From: Thermodesulfobacteriota bacterium
GTDB taxonomy: Bacteria; Desulfobacterota; RBG-13-43-22
Assembly (NCBI GenBank): GCA_049520575.1
Contig: JBEKPQ010000015.1
Coordinates: 17,527 to 81,526 of the forward strand
Length of the DNA stretch: 64,000 nucleotides
Reading direction: 5' to 3'
The notes under the pieces: model-generated
The model's input: only the letters and a program-made list of their open reading frames with translations
Told to the model about the DNA's origin: nothing
Databases searched by the model: none
In this document: positions 18,861 through 29,088 of the stretch, piece after piece
How positions within the stretch are numbered: position 1 is the first letter of the stretch
How the letters are laid out: every line of letters starts with the position of its first letter
Translations under genes and position numbers: made by a program

Positions 18861-20219
18861 TTGGAATATTTAAACCAGCTAACCGACGAAGATCTTATTG
18901 TTGAGAACCTGGGCCAGCCCAAGACCCACACGCCGGTTCGATGTTTTGCTCCTCAAAAACAAGAGGCCGGAGGACCCCAGTGTAAAAATTTTATCACCGA
19001 TGACGATCGGGTGGTGATCGATAGGTCCAAAAATTGTTTTCTGGATTGTTTCGAAAAAGGGAAAACTCCTCCTTCTTTTGAAAAGGCCGGGCCGCGGGAG
19101 AAGATTTTTTTCGATCCCAAAAAGACCAAATGTGCCATCGTCACGGCCGGGGGCCTATGTCCGGGACTGAATAATGTCATCCGTTCTATTGTCCTTGAAC
19201 TGAACTATATTTACGGAGTTCACAATATTGTCGGTATCCCCTATGGGTACCAGGGTTTTATTCCCCAATACGGCCATCCGGTCATTGAACTGACCCCGGA
19301 GGTGGTTTCCTATATCCATGAACTGGGGGGGACGATCCTGGCTTCCTCCCGGGGCCAATACAAGATCGAAGAAATCGTGGATACCCTGCAACAGTTGAAT
19401 ATCAATATCCTCTTTTCCATCGGAGGGGACGGCACCTTGAGGGGTGCTCAAATGATTTCTCGGGAAATTAAAAAACGAGGGATGGTCACCTCGGTCATCG
19501 GCATTCCGAAGACCATTGACAATGACATCTCCTGTGTGGAAAAATCCTTTGGCTTTGAAACGGCTGTGGAAGATGCCGCCAAGGTGATTCGAAGCGCCCA
19601 TGTGGAATCCGTAGGAGCTCCTAATGGGATCGGTATGGTTAAGCTGATGGGGCGCTATTCCGGTTTTATTGCCGCCAATGCCGCCCTGGATTCAAGGGAA
19701 GTCAATTTTGTGCTGATTCCGGAATCGGATTTTGATTTGGAAGGTCCTATGGGATTATTGGCCTCTTTGGAGAAACGATTAAAAGAGAGAAGACATGCCG
19801 TCATTGTGGTCGCCGAGGGGGCGGGGCAAAGATACCTGGCCGATCTTCCCCAAACGAAAGATGCCTCGGGAAACATCAAATTAAAAGATATTGGAATCTT
19901 TCTAGCGGAACGGATCAACCGGCATTTTGCCGAGATCCATATGGAGGTCAACCTTAAATATATCGATCCTAGTTATATCATCCGCAGCCAGCCGGCCAAC
20001 TCCAATGATCGGATATTCTGCGGCTTCCTGGGTCAGCATGCCGTGCACGCCGGAATGGCCGGAAAAACCAATATGATGATCAGCCTTTGGAATAATGAGT
20101 ATGTCCATGTTCCCATCCGGGCCGCAGTGGGCAAGAGAAAGCAAGTGGAACTAGAAGGGAATATGTGGATGAGTGTCTTGGAATCCACCGGCCAGTCGTC
20201 TTTGAAGAATACTCAGTAG
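18861..20219 (+). CDS. pfk: 6-phosphofructokinase, long-form (group III PPi/ATP-dependent type)
   Basis: PFK-domain motifs GGLCPGLN, GGDGTL and PKTIDND. About 450 aa with an N-terminal extension. Apparent TTG start 4 nt after the kdsD stop. Confidence 0.8.
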   Translation: MEYLNQLTDEDLIVENLGQPKTHTPVRCFAPQKQEAGGPQCKNFITDDDRVVIDRSKNCFLDCFEKGKTPPSFEKAGPREKIFFDPKKTKCAIVTAGGLCPGLNNVIRSIVLELNYIYGVHNIVGIPYGYQGFIPQYGHPVIELTPEVVSYIHELGGTILASSRGQYKIEEIVDTLQQLNINILFSIGGDGTLRGAQMISREIKKRGMVTSVIGIPKTIDNDISCVEKSFGFETAVEDAAKVIRSAHVESVGAPNGIGMVKLMGRYSGFIAANAALDSREVNFVLIPESDFDLEGPMGLLASLEKRLKERRHAVIVVAEGAGQRYLADLPQTKDASGNIKLKDIGIFLAERINRHFAEIHMEVNLKYIDPSYIIRSQPANSNDRIFCGFLGQHAVHAGMAGKTNMMISLWNNEYVHVPIRAAVGKRKQVELEGNMWMSVLESTGQSSLKNTQ

Positions 20220-20322
20220 GGGATAAAACCGTTCGTCGTTTGGCGACAAAGACAAAATAATTTTCACACCTATTATCTATAACCAAAACCCTCAACCTTG
20301 AACCTTTTTATTGGAGTCTTTT

Positions 20323-20817
20323 ATGCCTGAAAGGGAAAGAGATTATCGAAACAGGGAAATATCCTGGCGAGAGATCGATCAACGCAAAGATCAGAGTAGC
20401 CATGTATCCCGCGAGCCGAGGCTGGTCGGGAAGAAAAAGGATCAGGCCGAATGGATTCGCAAAATGGCCCTTAAGGAGGCTAATAAGCATTTCCAGGGCA
20501 AGCAAGGGACCCCGGCCCATGAAAAAGCCGTCGGCCTCTTACAAGAAAATTTCGGGACCCGAAAATTTCAGACCTTGGCCAAACAATATCTGGAAGAATA
20601 CGAACTGCCGAAACATTGGGGAACTCAGTTTCTTTTTCTGGATTATGACGACCCCGAGGTGGTGATCGATTTGATCAACCGGATGGCTGTTGTTTATCCG
20701 GAGCGGTCCTTGCGGGAACAGCAGGCCTTTATTAGCAAGCTCCGTACCCTTAAGACCATGGCCGAGGATGGAGAAGTGCGGGATCAGGCGGCCGAGGTCT
20801 TGGTTTCCCTGTCCTGA
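20323..20817 (+). CDS. hypothetical protein
   Basis: ORF with a GGAG Shine-Dalgarno 6 nt before ATG 20323. No recognisable domain. Confidence 0.4.
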   Translation: MPERERDYRNREISWREIDQRKDQSSHVSREPRLVGKKKDQAEWIRKMALKEANKHFQGKQGTPAHEKAVGLLQENFGTRKFQTLAKQYLEEYELPKHWGTQFLFLDYDDPEVVIDLINRMAVVYPERSLREQQAFISKLRTLKTMAEDGEVRDQAAEVLVSLS

Positions 20818-20984
20818 TTCTGAACGAATATGTCTTTTAATCCAGGAAGAAAAAACTATTAGACAGGATTTACATGATAACCAGGATTTTTTCAGCCTTT
20901 CTTCCGGAAAGGTTGAAAAAAAACATCCTAACAATTCTGTTTATCCTGTCTGACCCGTGAAGCTATTTATTCCTCTGAGCAAAC

Positions 20985-21644
20985 CTATATTTGCCCCTCT
21001 TTCCTAAGCATTTTTACTGTACCGCCAATGTATGCTTTGAACGCCTCTTCATTCATTTTTGAGTGACTTCCAGCAGATGATGAGCTGATTTCATGATAAG
21101 CAGAACCTTTGGCAAATATGACAAAAGAACCTGAAAAGTATCGGATGACGATTCTTGCTCTGCTGGACAAAGGTATTTCTCTGCCGGTTTCATCATATTC
21201 ATAAGAGCCTAAATCCCAATATTTTCGGTCAGCATAATCTCCCGGAGAGATTTCAGTCAGTTCCTCCTTTATCCCCGTCAAATTCTCATACCATCCGCTC
21301 GGTTCAAGCTCTTTCGTTTCCAGTCGAAAATAAGCCCATGCATAGGCCTTGTTGAAAGATTGAAAGAATAAAATCCGAGGTTTTACAATACAAACCGGAT
21401 GGTCAACAAAATGAAGATCGAGGCAATCCGGTTCAGCCGAGTCTTCCCCCCTCTTTAAATTAAGGCAGCCTCCATCGGGTAAATAGGTCTGATTCATGGC
21501 CGGATTTCGGCCTACGAAATAAAGGATTTTTATGATATCTTTCTTTTCCGTCCAGGAGCGGCTTTCCGGAATTGGACCGTTGAATAGCGTTTTTAAAAGT
21601 TCTTCCCATTCTTTAAAAATATTTTTTCTAAATTCATCACCCAT
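20985..21644 (-). CDS. hypothetical protein in a local AT-rich patch
   Basis: 219-aa ORF in a low-GC stretch bounded by AT-rich spacers. No recognisable motif. Confidence 0.4.
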   Translation of the reverse strand: MGDEFRKNIFKEWEELLKTLFNGPIPESRSWTEKKDIIKILYFVGRNPAMNQTYLPDGGCLNLKRGEDSAEPDCLDLHFVDHPVCIVKPRILFFQSFNKAYAWAYFRLETKELEPSGWYENLTGIKEELTEISPGDYADRKYWDLGSYEYDETGREIPLSSRARIVIRYFSGSFVIFAKGSAYHEISSSSAGSHSKMNEEAFKAYIGGTVKMLRKEGQI

Positions 21645-21871
21645 ATATATTTATCCTTATCTTAGGGCATTCCTTCAACTATTTAGAAATCTTAATGATT
21701 GAAGGCAAACTACATTTTCTGATAAAAAATGTCAAATACAGATATCGGGTTCGTTGAAGTCGCCCAACATATACACGAAATAAAAGAATTAAATTTAAAT
21801 GGGACGGATTCATTTCCCCTTTTCCCTAATTTATGTTATTGAAAACCAAATCATATTGAAAGGAACTGGCC

Positions 21872-22522
21872 ATGTTTATCGGTCATTTTGCCTTGGGTTT
21901 TGCAGCCAAAAAAGTTGCACCCAAAGCATCCTTGGGAACCCTTTTTCTGGCCACGCAGTTTAGTGATCTGCTCTGGCCTCTGTTGCTTTTGCTGGGTTGG
22001 GAAAGGGTAGTGATCGAGCCCGGCAATACCGTGGTTACACCGCTGAATTTTACCCATTATCCCATCTCACACGGATTTCTGTCGGTGCTCATCTGGGGGG
22101 TGGTGATCGGAGGGATCTATTGGGTCATAAAAAAAGATAGAAAAACAGCTTTGTGGCTTGGACTGTTGGTGTTCGGTCACTGGATTTTGGATTTAATCTC
22201 CCATCGTCCGGATCTGCCCTTGCTGCCCGGCTTGGATATCAAAGTGGGACTTGGTTTGTGGAATTCCCTGATTGGAACCATCCTGTTGGAAGGGGGTTTA
22301 TTTGTCTTTGGGGTTTACTATTATATTAAGGCAACCAAAGCCAAAAATAAAATCGGTCTATGGGCCTTGTGGGGATTAGTGGCCTTTTTAGTGGTTACCT
22401 ATATCGGCAATCTTTTCGGCCCCACGCCACCGTCAGTGAAACCGATTACCTATCTCGGGTTATTTCAATGGCTGCTGGTCATCTGGGCCTACTGGATCGA
22501 TCACAACCGCACGGTTAATTAA
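21872..22522 (+). CDS. polytopic membrane protein, possibly a YdjM/DUF457-type membrane-bound metal-dependent hydrolase
   Basis: Five or six predicted TM helices with a His-rich N-terminal motif (MFIGHFALG...HYPISHGF). Confidence 0.4.
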   Translation: MFIGHFALGFAAKKVAPKASLGTLFLATQFSDLLWPLLLLLGWERVVIEPGNTVVTPLNFTHYPISHGFLSVLIWGVVIGGIYWVIKKDRKTALWLGLLVFGHWILDLISHRPDLPLLPGLDIKVGLGLWNSLIGTILLEGGLFVFGVYYYIKATKAKNKIGLWALWGLVAFLVVTYIGNLFGPTPPSVKPITYLGLFQWLLVIWAYWIDHNRTVN

Positions 22523-22536
22523 TTGGGAAAGCCGGT

Positions 22537-22851
22537 GTGCCGGCCATGAAGGTCCGCGGTTTTGAAGAAATCTGCGATGCCCCTTACCTCAAGGACAGAG
22601 AAATGCTGGTCAAGATCAAACAGCCCTTTGCCGGGGAAATTGAAATCTACAACAGTCCTTTTAGGATGACGGAAACTCCAGGCAGGGTCATGGGATATGC
22701 CCCTTTGCTCGGAGAAAACAATCGGGAGATTCTATCTAGGGATTTGAGGTATGGCGATGAAGCCATTGACCAACTCTTTGCCGAAGGAGTCCTCTCTCAA
22801 GAAGAAGCCGTGGACAGGTTACCTGAAGAATTGAAAAGATTAAAGGAATGA
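22537..22851 (+). pseudogene. C-terminal remnant of a family-III CoA-transferase (CaiB/BaiF-like)
   Basis: 104 aa matching only the C-terminal lobe of CaiB/BaiF-family enzymes (PLLGENNREIL...). No N-terminal catalytic part is present. Confidence 0.45.
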
Positions 22852-23012
22852 TAATAAACGCGGATTAAAATTTTAAATAAGGCCGCCCCGCCAGCTATGG
22901 GGGCGGCCTTGAAATGGACGCTTAGCCCTTACCCGCCTGAACGCTAAGACGGCCTTTCGGTCCTGTTATTGACCGAAAAAGCCCGAGCTTTAAAGCAAGC
23001 CTAAGTTCCCCC

Positions 23013-23303
23013 TTATCGTCTCCAGTGGTGGTAGTAAGGGCGAGGGAAAAACCCAAAGACTGGTGGAGGCGGAGGAGGTGGCAAAAAAACAGGAGGGGGA
23101 GGAGGATAATAATATCCCCGTCTGTGATAATACCTATCCCCATAATACCTATCCCCACGAGGGGGGCCCCAATGTCTGGGTTGTCCAAAGGCCGGTAGGG
23201 CCGATAACCCACCGACCATAGAAACCAATGCAAGCCCGATCATGATCTTGCCCACAGTGGACCTGATTTGCTTGTCTCTTTTCTTTATTTTTTTCATAAC
23301 CAA
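23013..23303 (-). CDS. small secreted Pro/Tyr-rich low-complexity protein
   Basis: Signal-peptide-like segment (MIGLALVSMVGGLSALPAFG) followed by YY/PPPPP repeats. Confidence 0.35.
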   Translation of the reverse strand: MVMKKIKKRDKQIRSTVGKIMIGLALVSMVGGLSALPAFGQPRHWGPPRGDRYYGDRYYHRRGYYYPPPPPVFLPPPPPPPVFGFFPRPYYHHWRR

Positions 23304-23370
23304 TCTCCCTTATTGAATTATTGGCCGATTGCCGGATAGGAGGTCCTATTTTGAGATGGCGGCTGGTCGA

Positions 23371-23877
23371 TTATTTACTTTGCTTTTTTGCTTGTTTTCT
23401 TTGTTGTCCATGTTTGCCCATCTTAAATATGGAATCGGCATTTTTCTTTTGTTCATCCGACATGCTGTTATAAAGGGCTTCAAAAGCCGGGATCATCTTC
23501 TTCATCCCTGCCAGATGGGTTTCAGAAAACTGGCAGTAGTTCTTGAGGTCCTCAACCGCATTCATATCCTTGTGCTTTTTAGTCCTGGCCTTGCTAAGCT
23601 CATCCATGTCCTTGGCATTGTCTTCCATCACCTGGACAAAGGCATTCCATGCACCCTGCTGCTCTGGGGTAATTTTGAGGGCAGTCTGAAGATTCTTAAT
23701 GCGGGCCTCGGTCCGTTCTACATGTGAGGGCCTAGCCTTGGGTGGTGTTTTCGGGTCGGTCGACGCCGCTATTGAAAGATTGGTCCAGGTAAAAAAGATA
23801 GCGGCCAGAAATACCGCCATGACGACAACGGGTGTAGCCGGACGAGTAAAACGATAAACCTTTTTTTTCATGATCAT
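23371..23877 (-). CDS. periplasmic Spy/CpxP-family (LTXXQ-motif) stress protein
   Basis: Signal peptide followed by two LTXXQ-like motifs (ITPEQQ, MSDEQKK) and a Lys-rich tail. Confidence 0.55.
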   Translation of the reverse strand: MIMKKKVYRFTRPATPVVVMAVFLAAIFFTWTNLSIAASTDPKTPPKARPSHVERTEARIKNLQTALKITPEQQGAWNAFVQVMEDNAKDMDELSKARTKKHKDMNAVEDLKNYCQFSETHLAGMKKMIPAFEALYNSMSDEQKKNADSIFKMGKHGQQRKQAKKQSK

Positions 23878-24511
23878 TTCTCCTTCCGAGAGTAATTTTT
23901 GGCGCCAAAAGGCGGATAGAGGTTAATACTACATTTGTTTAACAAAATAATTACTGAACTCTTCCTTTTTGTCAAGATTATTTAAAGTGTTAGCACAGCG
24001 CGGTCAGTTTGAGAATTTTGTGCTATCAAGTTTCTTAAGTCCATAAACAACTAAGATTTGTTTTGTAAGGTTCTTGAGTACCCCAAAGCTGAGTCGGTAT
24101 TCAGTTTAGAAGCTTCTTTTGGGGAGGGAAAGAGCACGTTAAGGTCCTTTTTTACCCCCCATTTTTTTATGGAATTCATTGAGATTTCAATCCCCTGGTT
24201 CGGTACACTTTCCCGTTCATATGAACTCTCATTTAGTTATTCAGACCCTTTATGCTTAAAAAGGTTAAATGGGCCGATTTCCAAAAAATGGGAGCGCCAG
24301 GGTTCTCTTCATCACAAGAAAATTTGGGGTCAGGCTGAACTTAAAATAGTTTGATAACGATTATCATTGAAATCTTGTTATTAAATGGAGGCTTGAAGAG
24401 TACAAGAAGAAGTTGTGATCTGATCGCACACTGTCAGGAACCTTAAATCGTCCTTTTCCCTCTCCACTTTGTTATTATTTGTAAAACTATATGGATTTTC
24501 TTCTGATCCGT

Positions 24512-25786
24512 TTACATCATCCAGTTTGGTCTTTCGGCTATCCATTGTTGAACCGTTGGGAGCAACCAATCTTCCAATCCCCTGGCCAGGTAAAAAGTGG
24601 GCAAAAGTAAATTGGTCTTTTCAGTAATCATTCCCTCCTGAAGGGCGATCCGGGCCAGGGGTGTTTCGGGATAAATTCGGATTCCTGTGGTTATTTTGAT
24701 GGCCTCGAGGTGCAACGTATCGGCAAAGGTCAGGCTTTCTTCCACCGTTTCTCTGGTTTCGCCGGGTCCGCCCAACAAGAGGAAGCCCATCCGTCCAATG
24801 CCCTGATCACCGAGCATTTGAGAGGTTTGACGGACATCATGAAGAGAAAAATGTTTATTCAGAGCACGAAGCACGCTTTCGGAACCGCTTTCAAACCCGA
24901 TGCTGGTACCGATACATCCTGCCTCGGCCATGAGCCTGGCCAACTCCGCATCGACCTTCCCGGGGTAGGGGATGCATTGCCAACGAGGCTTTGATGGAAG
25001 ATTCTTCAGTTGTCGGCATAAAGCTTTGGCATAGGCAGGAGGAAGATTAAAGGTGTTGTCGGTAAAATGAAACTTTCTGAGCCCGGCCCTCATCTGGTTG
25101 TTGATGTCCTCAACCACCGCCTCTGGAGAACGCTTGCGAATCTTTCTCCCTTCGATCATCGCTGTGGAGCAGTAACTACAATCCATGGGACAGCCTCGTC
25201 TGGTCTGCACGGTCATCCAGTATTCCTGGAGATTGCTGCCGAAGTTAAACCAGGAAAAGACATCCTGCCAGGGCAGGGAATCCAATTTGGTGATAAAGGT
25301 CCTTTTGCCCTGAAGACCTTTGCCCCGAAGGTATAGACCCGGAATCCCGGAAAGGTTTTCTTTTTGATTGAGCCGGTCCAACAGGAGGGGGAACACGCCT
25401 TCACCCTCCCCTTGAATGCCCATGTCGGCCTCCAGGTATTCGAGGGTCTGGTCGGGGAATATGCTGAAGCCGGCCCCGCCAAGAATAAGAGGGGCAGGAG
25501 AGAGTCGGCGGCACAGGGAAACAATCTCCTTGGTTCGATCCAAAAGGAATCGGGCCGGTTCCATTTTCTGGTCGTCGATGTTTCTGATTGACAGGCCGAT
25601 CGCTTCGGGATTAAAGGTGTTGATGATCTGCTGGATCGATTCCTCGGGGGTCTCCTTTTCCATCAGGTCCAAGAGCTCCACATCATGCCCCGCTTTCTTC
25701 GTGGCGGCGGCCACACAGGCCAATCCCAAGGGCAGGACCCGCAGGTTGATCTCTTCACGATTGGCGGAAATTAATAGTACCCGCAT
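24512..25786 (-). CDS. B12-binding-domain radical SAM protein
   Basis: N-terminal cobalamin-binding-like domain and a radical-SAM cluster motif (CPMDCSYC). Confidence 0.8.
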   Translation of the reverse strand: MRVLLISANREEINLRVLPLGLACVAAATKKAGHDVELLDLMEKETPEESIQQIINTFNPEAIGLSIRNIDDQKMEPARFLLDRTKEIVSLCRRLSPAPLILGGAGFSIFPDQTLEYLEADMGIQGEGEGVFPLLLDRLNQKENLSGIPGLYLRGKGLQGKRTFITKLDSLPWQDVFSWFNFGSNLQEYWMTVQTRRGCPMDCSYCSTAMIEGRKIRKRSPEAVVEDINNQMRAGLRKFHFTDNTFNLPPAYAKALCRQLKNLPSKPRWQCIPYPGKVDAELARLMAEAGCIGTSIGFESGSESVLRALNKHFSLHDVRQTSQMLGDQGIGRMGFLLLGGPGETRETVEESLTFADTLHLEAIKITTGIRIYPETPLARIALQEGMITEKTNLLLPTFYLARGLEDWLLPTVQQWIAERPNWMM

Positions 25787-25832
25787 GGATTCTTCAATAA
25801 TTCTTCTTTTGCGGAGAAAGGGGGATTCTTTT

Positions 25833-26504
25833 TCAACAACTGTCCATCTCTTTTTTGAACCTGGCGATCGTCTCCCGGTAATCCTTGCTATGAAAAACGG
25901 CCGAACCGGCCACGACTACATCGGCCCCGGCCTTGCATACCAAAGCCACATTGTCCGGCGTAATCCCCCCGTCTACCTCGATATCCACCTTGAGTCTCTT
26001 CCCGCTTATTAGGGCTTTGAGGGCTTGAATCTTTTTCACTGATTCGGGAATAAATTTCTGACCCCCGAAGCCGGGATTGACGCTCATGATTAAGGCCATG
26101 TTCACTTCGTCCAGAATCTGATCCAGGAAAGAAACAGGAGTGGATGGATTGATGACCACCACCGGTTTGACCGATTGTTCCCTGATCAGGGCCATTGTAC
26201 GGTGAAGGTTCGGACACGTTTCGAAGTGAACGGCCAGAAAATCCGCCCCGGCCTTGGCAAAGTCGGGGATATATCGTTCCGGATTTTCAATCATCAAATG
26301 GACATCCAAAGGAAGCTTGGTGATCTTGCGAACGGCTTCCACCACCACCGGACCGATGGTTATATTGGGTACAAAATGGCCGTCCATGACATCCACATGG
26401 ATGTAATCGGCCCCGGCCGCTTCCACGGCCTGGACTTCTTCTTTCAATCTCCCAAAATCGGCTGAAAGTATGGAAGGGGCAATACGTCTCCGTCTCATAG
26501 GCAC
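25833..26504 (-). CDS. rpe: ribulose-phosphate 3-epimerase
   Basis: Motifs SILSADF, HVDVMDGHFVPN and the conserved C-terminal barrel. Confidence 0.9.
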   Translation of the reverse strand: MPMRRRRIAPSILSADFGRLKEEVQAVEAAGADYIHVDVMDGHFVPNITIGPVVVEAVRKITKLPLDVHLMIENPERYIPDFAKAGADFLAVHFETCPNLHRTMALIREQSVKPVVVINPSTPVSFLDQILDEVNMALIMSVNPGFGGQKFIPESVKKIQALKALISGKRLKVDIEVDGGITPDNVALVCKAGADVVVAGSAVFHSKDYRETIARFKKEMDSC

Positions 26505-26536
26505 CTCATGGATTCAAAAGTTTTTTCATAATTTTA

Positions 26537-26752
26537 GGGCCTTTGGAATTTTGATTTCAGGTTTGCCCAAAGGGTGGCCAGGAGATCAAATCCGGCCCAA
26601 CGGTCTGAGTTTGTATTGAGATATTTCCATTAAAAGCGCTTCGAGTGCACGATGGTGTAGGCCTGCCCTGAAAATATTTCATCAATTCCTGCCTGAATTC
26701 CTGCTTATTGTTTTTGAAGGACAAAGCCTGAAATCAAAATTCCAAAGGCCCT
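26537..26752. mobile_element. MITE-like element with 26-bp perfect terminal inverted repeats
   Basis: AGGGCCTTTGGAATTTTGATTTCAGG at 26537-26562 and its exact reverse complement at 26727-26752. It lies in the rpe/rsmB spacer. Confidence 0.55.
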
Positions 26753-26768
26753 TTTATAGAAAACGTAG

Positions 26769-28130
26769 TTAATGACCTTTTATCTTTTTCATCCTGGCGG
26801 CAAAAAAACCGTCCATCCTATGGGCCGGAGGATAGGTCTGAAAAAAACCTTGGGCATCAATCAGCATACAGGCCGGTTCCGGCAGAAAAGGAGAAACATC
26901 TTCCAATAAAAATTCCGGATGTCCGTTTAAAAAATTTTTAATGACATCCTGATTCTCTTCCCGGCTTAGGGTGCAGGTGCAATAAACCAGAATACCTTTT
27001 GGTTTAAGCCATCTGGCCGCATTTTGCAAGAACTTGTTTTGCATCCGGGCCAGGCGCTTACTGTCTTCCGGGCCGAGCCTCCATTTAAGGTCCGGATTAC
27101 GGCCTATGACCCCCCAGCCTGAACAGGGGGCATCGATCAGGATCCGGTCAAAAGGTCGGGCCGTTTTAGGAAAGAGATCTTCCCTCAGACCATCGCCAAC
27201 CTTCCCTTGAATTACAGTTACCCCCAATCTTCGGGCATTTTCCAGCAAGGCCGTTATCTTTTTGGGATGAAAATCAACAGCCAGGATACTCCCCTGATTA
27301 TTCATCAATTGAGCTAGGTGCCCGGCTTTTCCTCCCGCCCCGGCACAAAGGTCCAAAATCCTTTCACCGGGGTGGGGATCAACCATAGGAGCAATCATCT
27401 GGGAGGCCTCATCCTGGATCTGAAACAGGCCTTGTTGATACAAAGCATCCTGGACCAAGGGTCGTTCCGGCTCTTCAATACGAATCCCTTCCGGAGAGAA
27501 GAAAGTGGTTTCAACCCCAAGGGCCTTGGGTTGAAACCTTTCCAGAAGCTGCTCTCGATCGATCTTCAGGGTATTAACCCGGATGGTGATTGGGGGGATT
27601 TGATTGTTGGCCTGACACAAGGCCTCGGTCTTTTCAAAACCAAAAAGTTCAAGCCAGTGTTCCACCAGCCAGGCCGGGTGGGAGAAGTTGACCGCTAAAT
27701 AGGAAACGGGATCTTCTCGGGAAGGAAAAAGGAGATTTGCTTTCCCCCGCTCCAGAGAACGCAATACGGCATTGACAAAACCTCCTGTCCAAGGCGCCCG
27801 GCTGGATTTAGCCAGCTTTACCGATTCATTGACCGCAGCGGATACCGGAATCCGGGAAAGGAAAAGGAGTTGAAAGACCCCCAGCCTTAAAATAAACAAG
27901 GTCTTCAAAGACAACTTGTTTAAAGGTCTTTGGGAAAATTGTTTTAGGACCCAATCGAGTTTTCCCTGCCAGCGTAGGACCCCGTAAACCAATTGATAAA
28001 GAAGAGCCCGGTCAAGAGTTTTGATTGGGGGATTTTTCCCCAGCAGATCCCGCAAAAGCTGATCCGGATAGGTTCCTGTTCGATGCCAGGCAAGAAGGAC
28101 CTGAAAGGCCATGGATCGTGCAGTGGTCAT
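26769..28130 (-). CDS. rsmB: 16S rRNA (cytosine967-C5)-methyltransferase RsmB/Sun
   Basis: NusB-like N-terminal domain and a SAM-dependent MTase domain (DLCAGAGGK, PCSG). Confidence 0.9.
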   Translation of the reverse strand: MTTARSMAFQVLLAWHRTGTYPDQLLRDLLGKNPPIKTLDRALLYQLVYGVLRWQGKLDWVLKQFSQRPLNKLSLKTLFILRLGVFQLLFLSRIPVSAAVNESVKLAKSSRAPWTGGFVNAVLRSLERGKANLLFPSREDPVSYLAVNFSHPAWLVEHWLELFGFEKTEALCQANNQIPPITIRVNTLKIDREQLLERFQPKALGVETTFFSPEGIRIEEPERPLVQDALYQQGLFQIQDEASQMIAPMVDPHPGERILDLCAGAGGKAGHLAQLMNNQGSILAVDFHPKKITALLENARRLGVTVIQGKVGDGLREDLFPKTARPFDRILIDAPCSGWGVIGRNPDLKWRLGPEDSKRLARMQNKFLQNAARWLKPKGILVYCTCTLSREENQDVIKNFLNGHPEFLLEDVSPFLPEPACMLIDAQGFFQTYPPAHRMDGFFAARMKKIKGH

Positions 28131-28137
28131 CAGCCGA

Positions 28138-29088
28138 TCAGCGTCTCAATCTATCGCCGGCTTTCAAAGCAAACCCTCTCAGCAATTCTTCAGAAGACAT
28201 TCGTCGATGTCCTTCCCATTGTGCTTCCAGTATGGTCAGTAAACCCTGACCGGTCTGAATTTGAATTCGACCTTGCTCTAACGAATTGATCGTCCCCGGA
28301 GTTCCCCTCATTTCCATCGAATCCGGTCTGGCCCGGTGAATGATAAGCCGTTTACCCTGCCAAAAGGTAAAGGCTCCGGGCCAGGGTGACAAACCCCGTA
28401 TCCAGTGGTCTATTTCCACGGCCGGAAGGTCCCAGCGGATCTCTCCCTGGGCCTTTTTTAAGGGTGGGGCATAGCAGACCTGTGAAGGATCCTGCGGTTG
28501 AGGGATAAGGGTGCCTTGTCGAAGCAGCGTCAGTGTTTGAAGCAACAAACGCCCTCCAAGTTCTGAAAGCCGATCATGCAAACTCTGGGCCGTATCGGTT
28601 TCAAAAATTGGCTCGTGTTTCTGAAGCAGGATATCCCCGGTGTCCATCCCGGCATCAAGGCGCATGGTGGTTACGCCGGTTTCTTTTTCCCCGGAGATAA
28701 TGGCCCACTGGATCGGGGCTGCACCGCGATATTTAGGGAGCAAAGAGGCATGGACATTAACAGCCCCCCAGGTTGGGATATCAAGGACTGCCTGGGGAAG
28801 GATCAGGCCATAGGCGACGACAATCAAAAAATCCGGCTTTTGTTCGGCCAGTTGTGCTTGAACAAAACTTTCTTTTAAAGAGACCGGCTGAAAAACAGGC
28901 AGATTATGGGAAAGGGCCAGCTCCTTGACCGGAGAGGGTTGGGATTTTCTGCCCCTTCCTTTCGGCCGATCAGGCTGGGTGTATATTGAAATCACATCTT
29001 CCCCGGCTTTTAGTAAGGCCTTCAGAGACGACAGGGCAAAATCAGGGGTGCCCATAAAGATGAGACGGGGATAATTGGTTGGCTTCAC
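28138..29088 (-). CDS. fmt: methionyl-tRNA formyltransferase
   Basis: Formyl_trans_N (FMGTPDFA, HASLLPKYRGAAPI) and C-terminal domain. Confidence 0.9.
   Translation of the reverse strand: MKPTNYPRLIFMGTPDFALSSLKALLKAGEDVISIYTQPDRPKGRGRKSQPSPVKELALSHNLPVFQPVSLKESFVQAQLAEQKPDFLIVVAYGLILPQAVLDIPTWGAVNVHASLLPKYRGAAPIQWAIISGEKETGVTTMRLDAGMDTGDILLQKHEPIFETDTAQSLHDRLSELGGRLLLQTLTLLRQGTLIPQPQDPSQVCYAPPLKKAQGEIRWDLPAVEIDHWIRGLSPWPGAFTFWQGKRLIIHRARPDSMEMRGTPGTINSLEQGRIQIQTGQGLLTILEAQWEGHRRMSSEELLRGFALKAGDRLRR

Noticed and set aside
22922-23233. 103-aa ORF on the minus strand overlapping the Pro/Tyr-rich secreted protein
   Set aside because: It is an alternative frame of the same low-complexity DNA. 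The frame with the signal peptide is preferred, though neither is certain.
23900-23990. Possible sigma54 (-24/-12) promoter near TAGCACAGCG
   Set aside because: GG-N10-GC spacing and the TTGC element are not satisfied. A sigma70-like TTGACA-17-AATTAT reading fits better.
24058-24354. 98-aa plus-strand ORF in the 630-bp spacer upstream of the Spy/CpxP-like gene
   Set aside because: No Shine-Dalgarno, odd composition and no motif. The region is better explained as a promoter/operator region for the divergent minus-strand genes.
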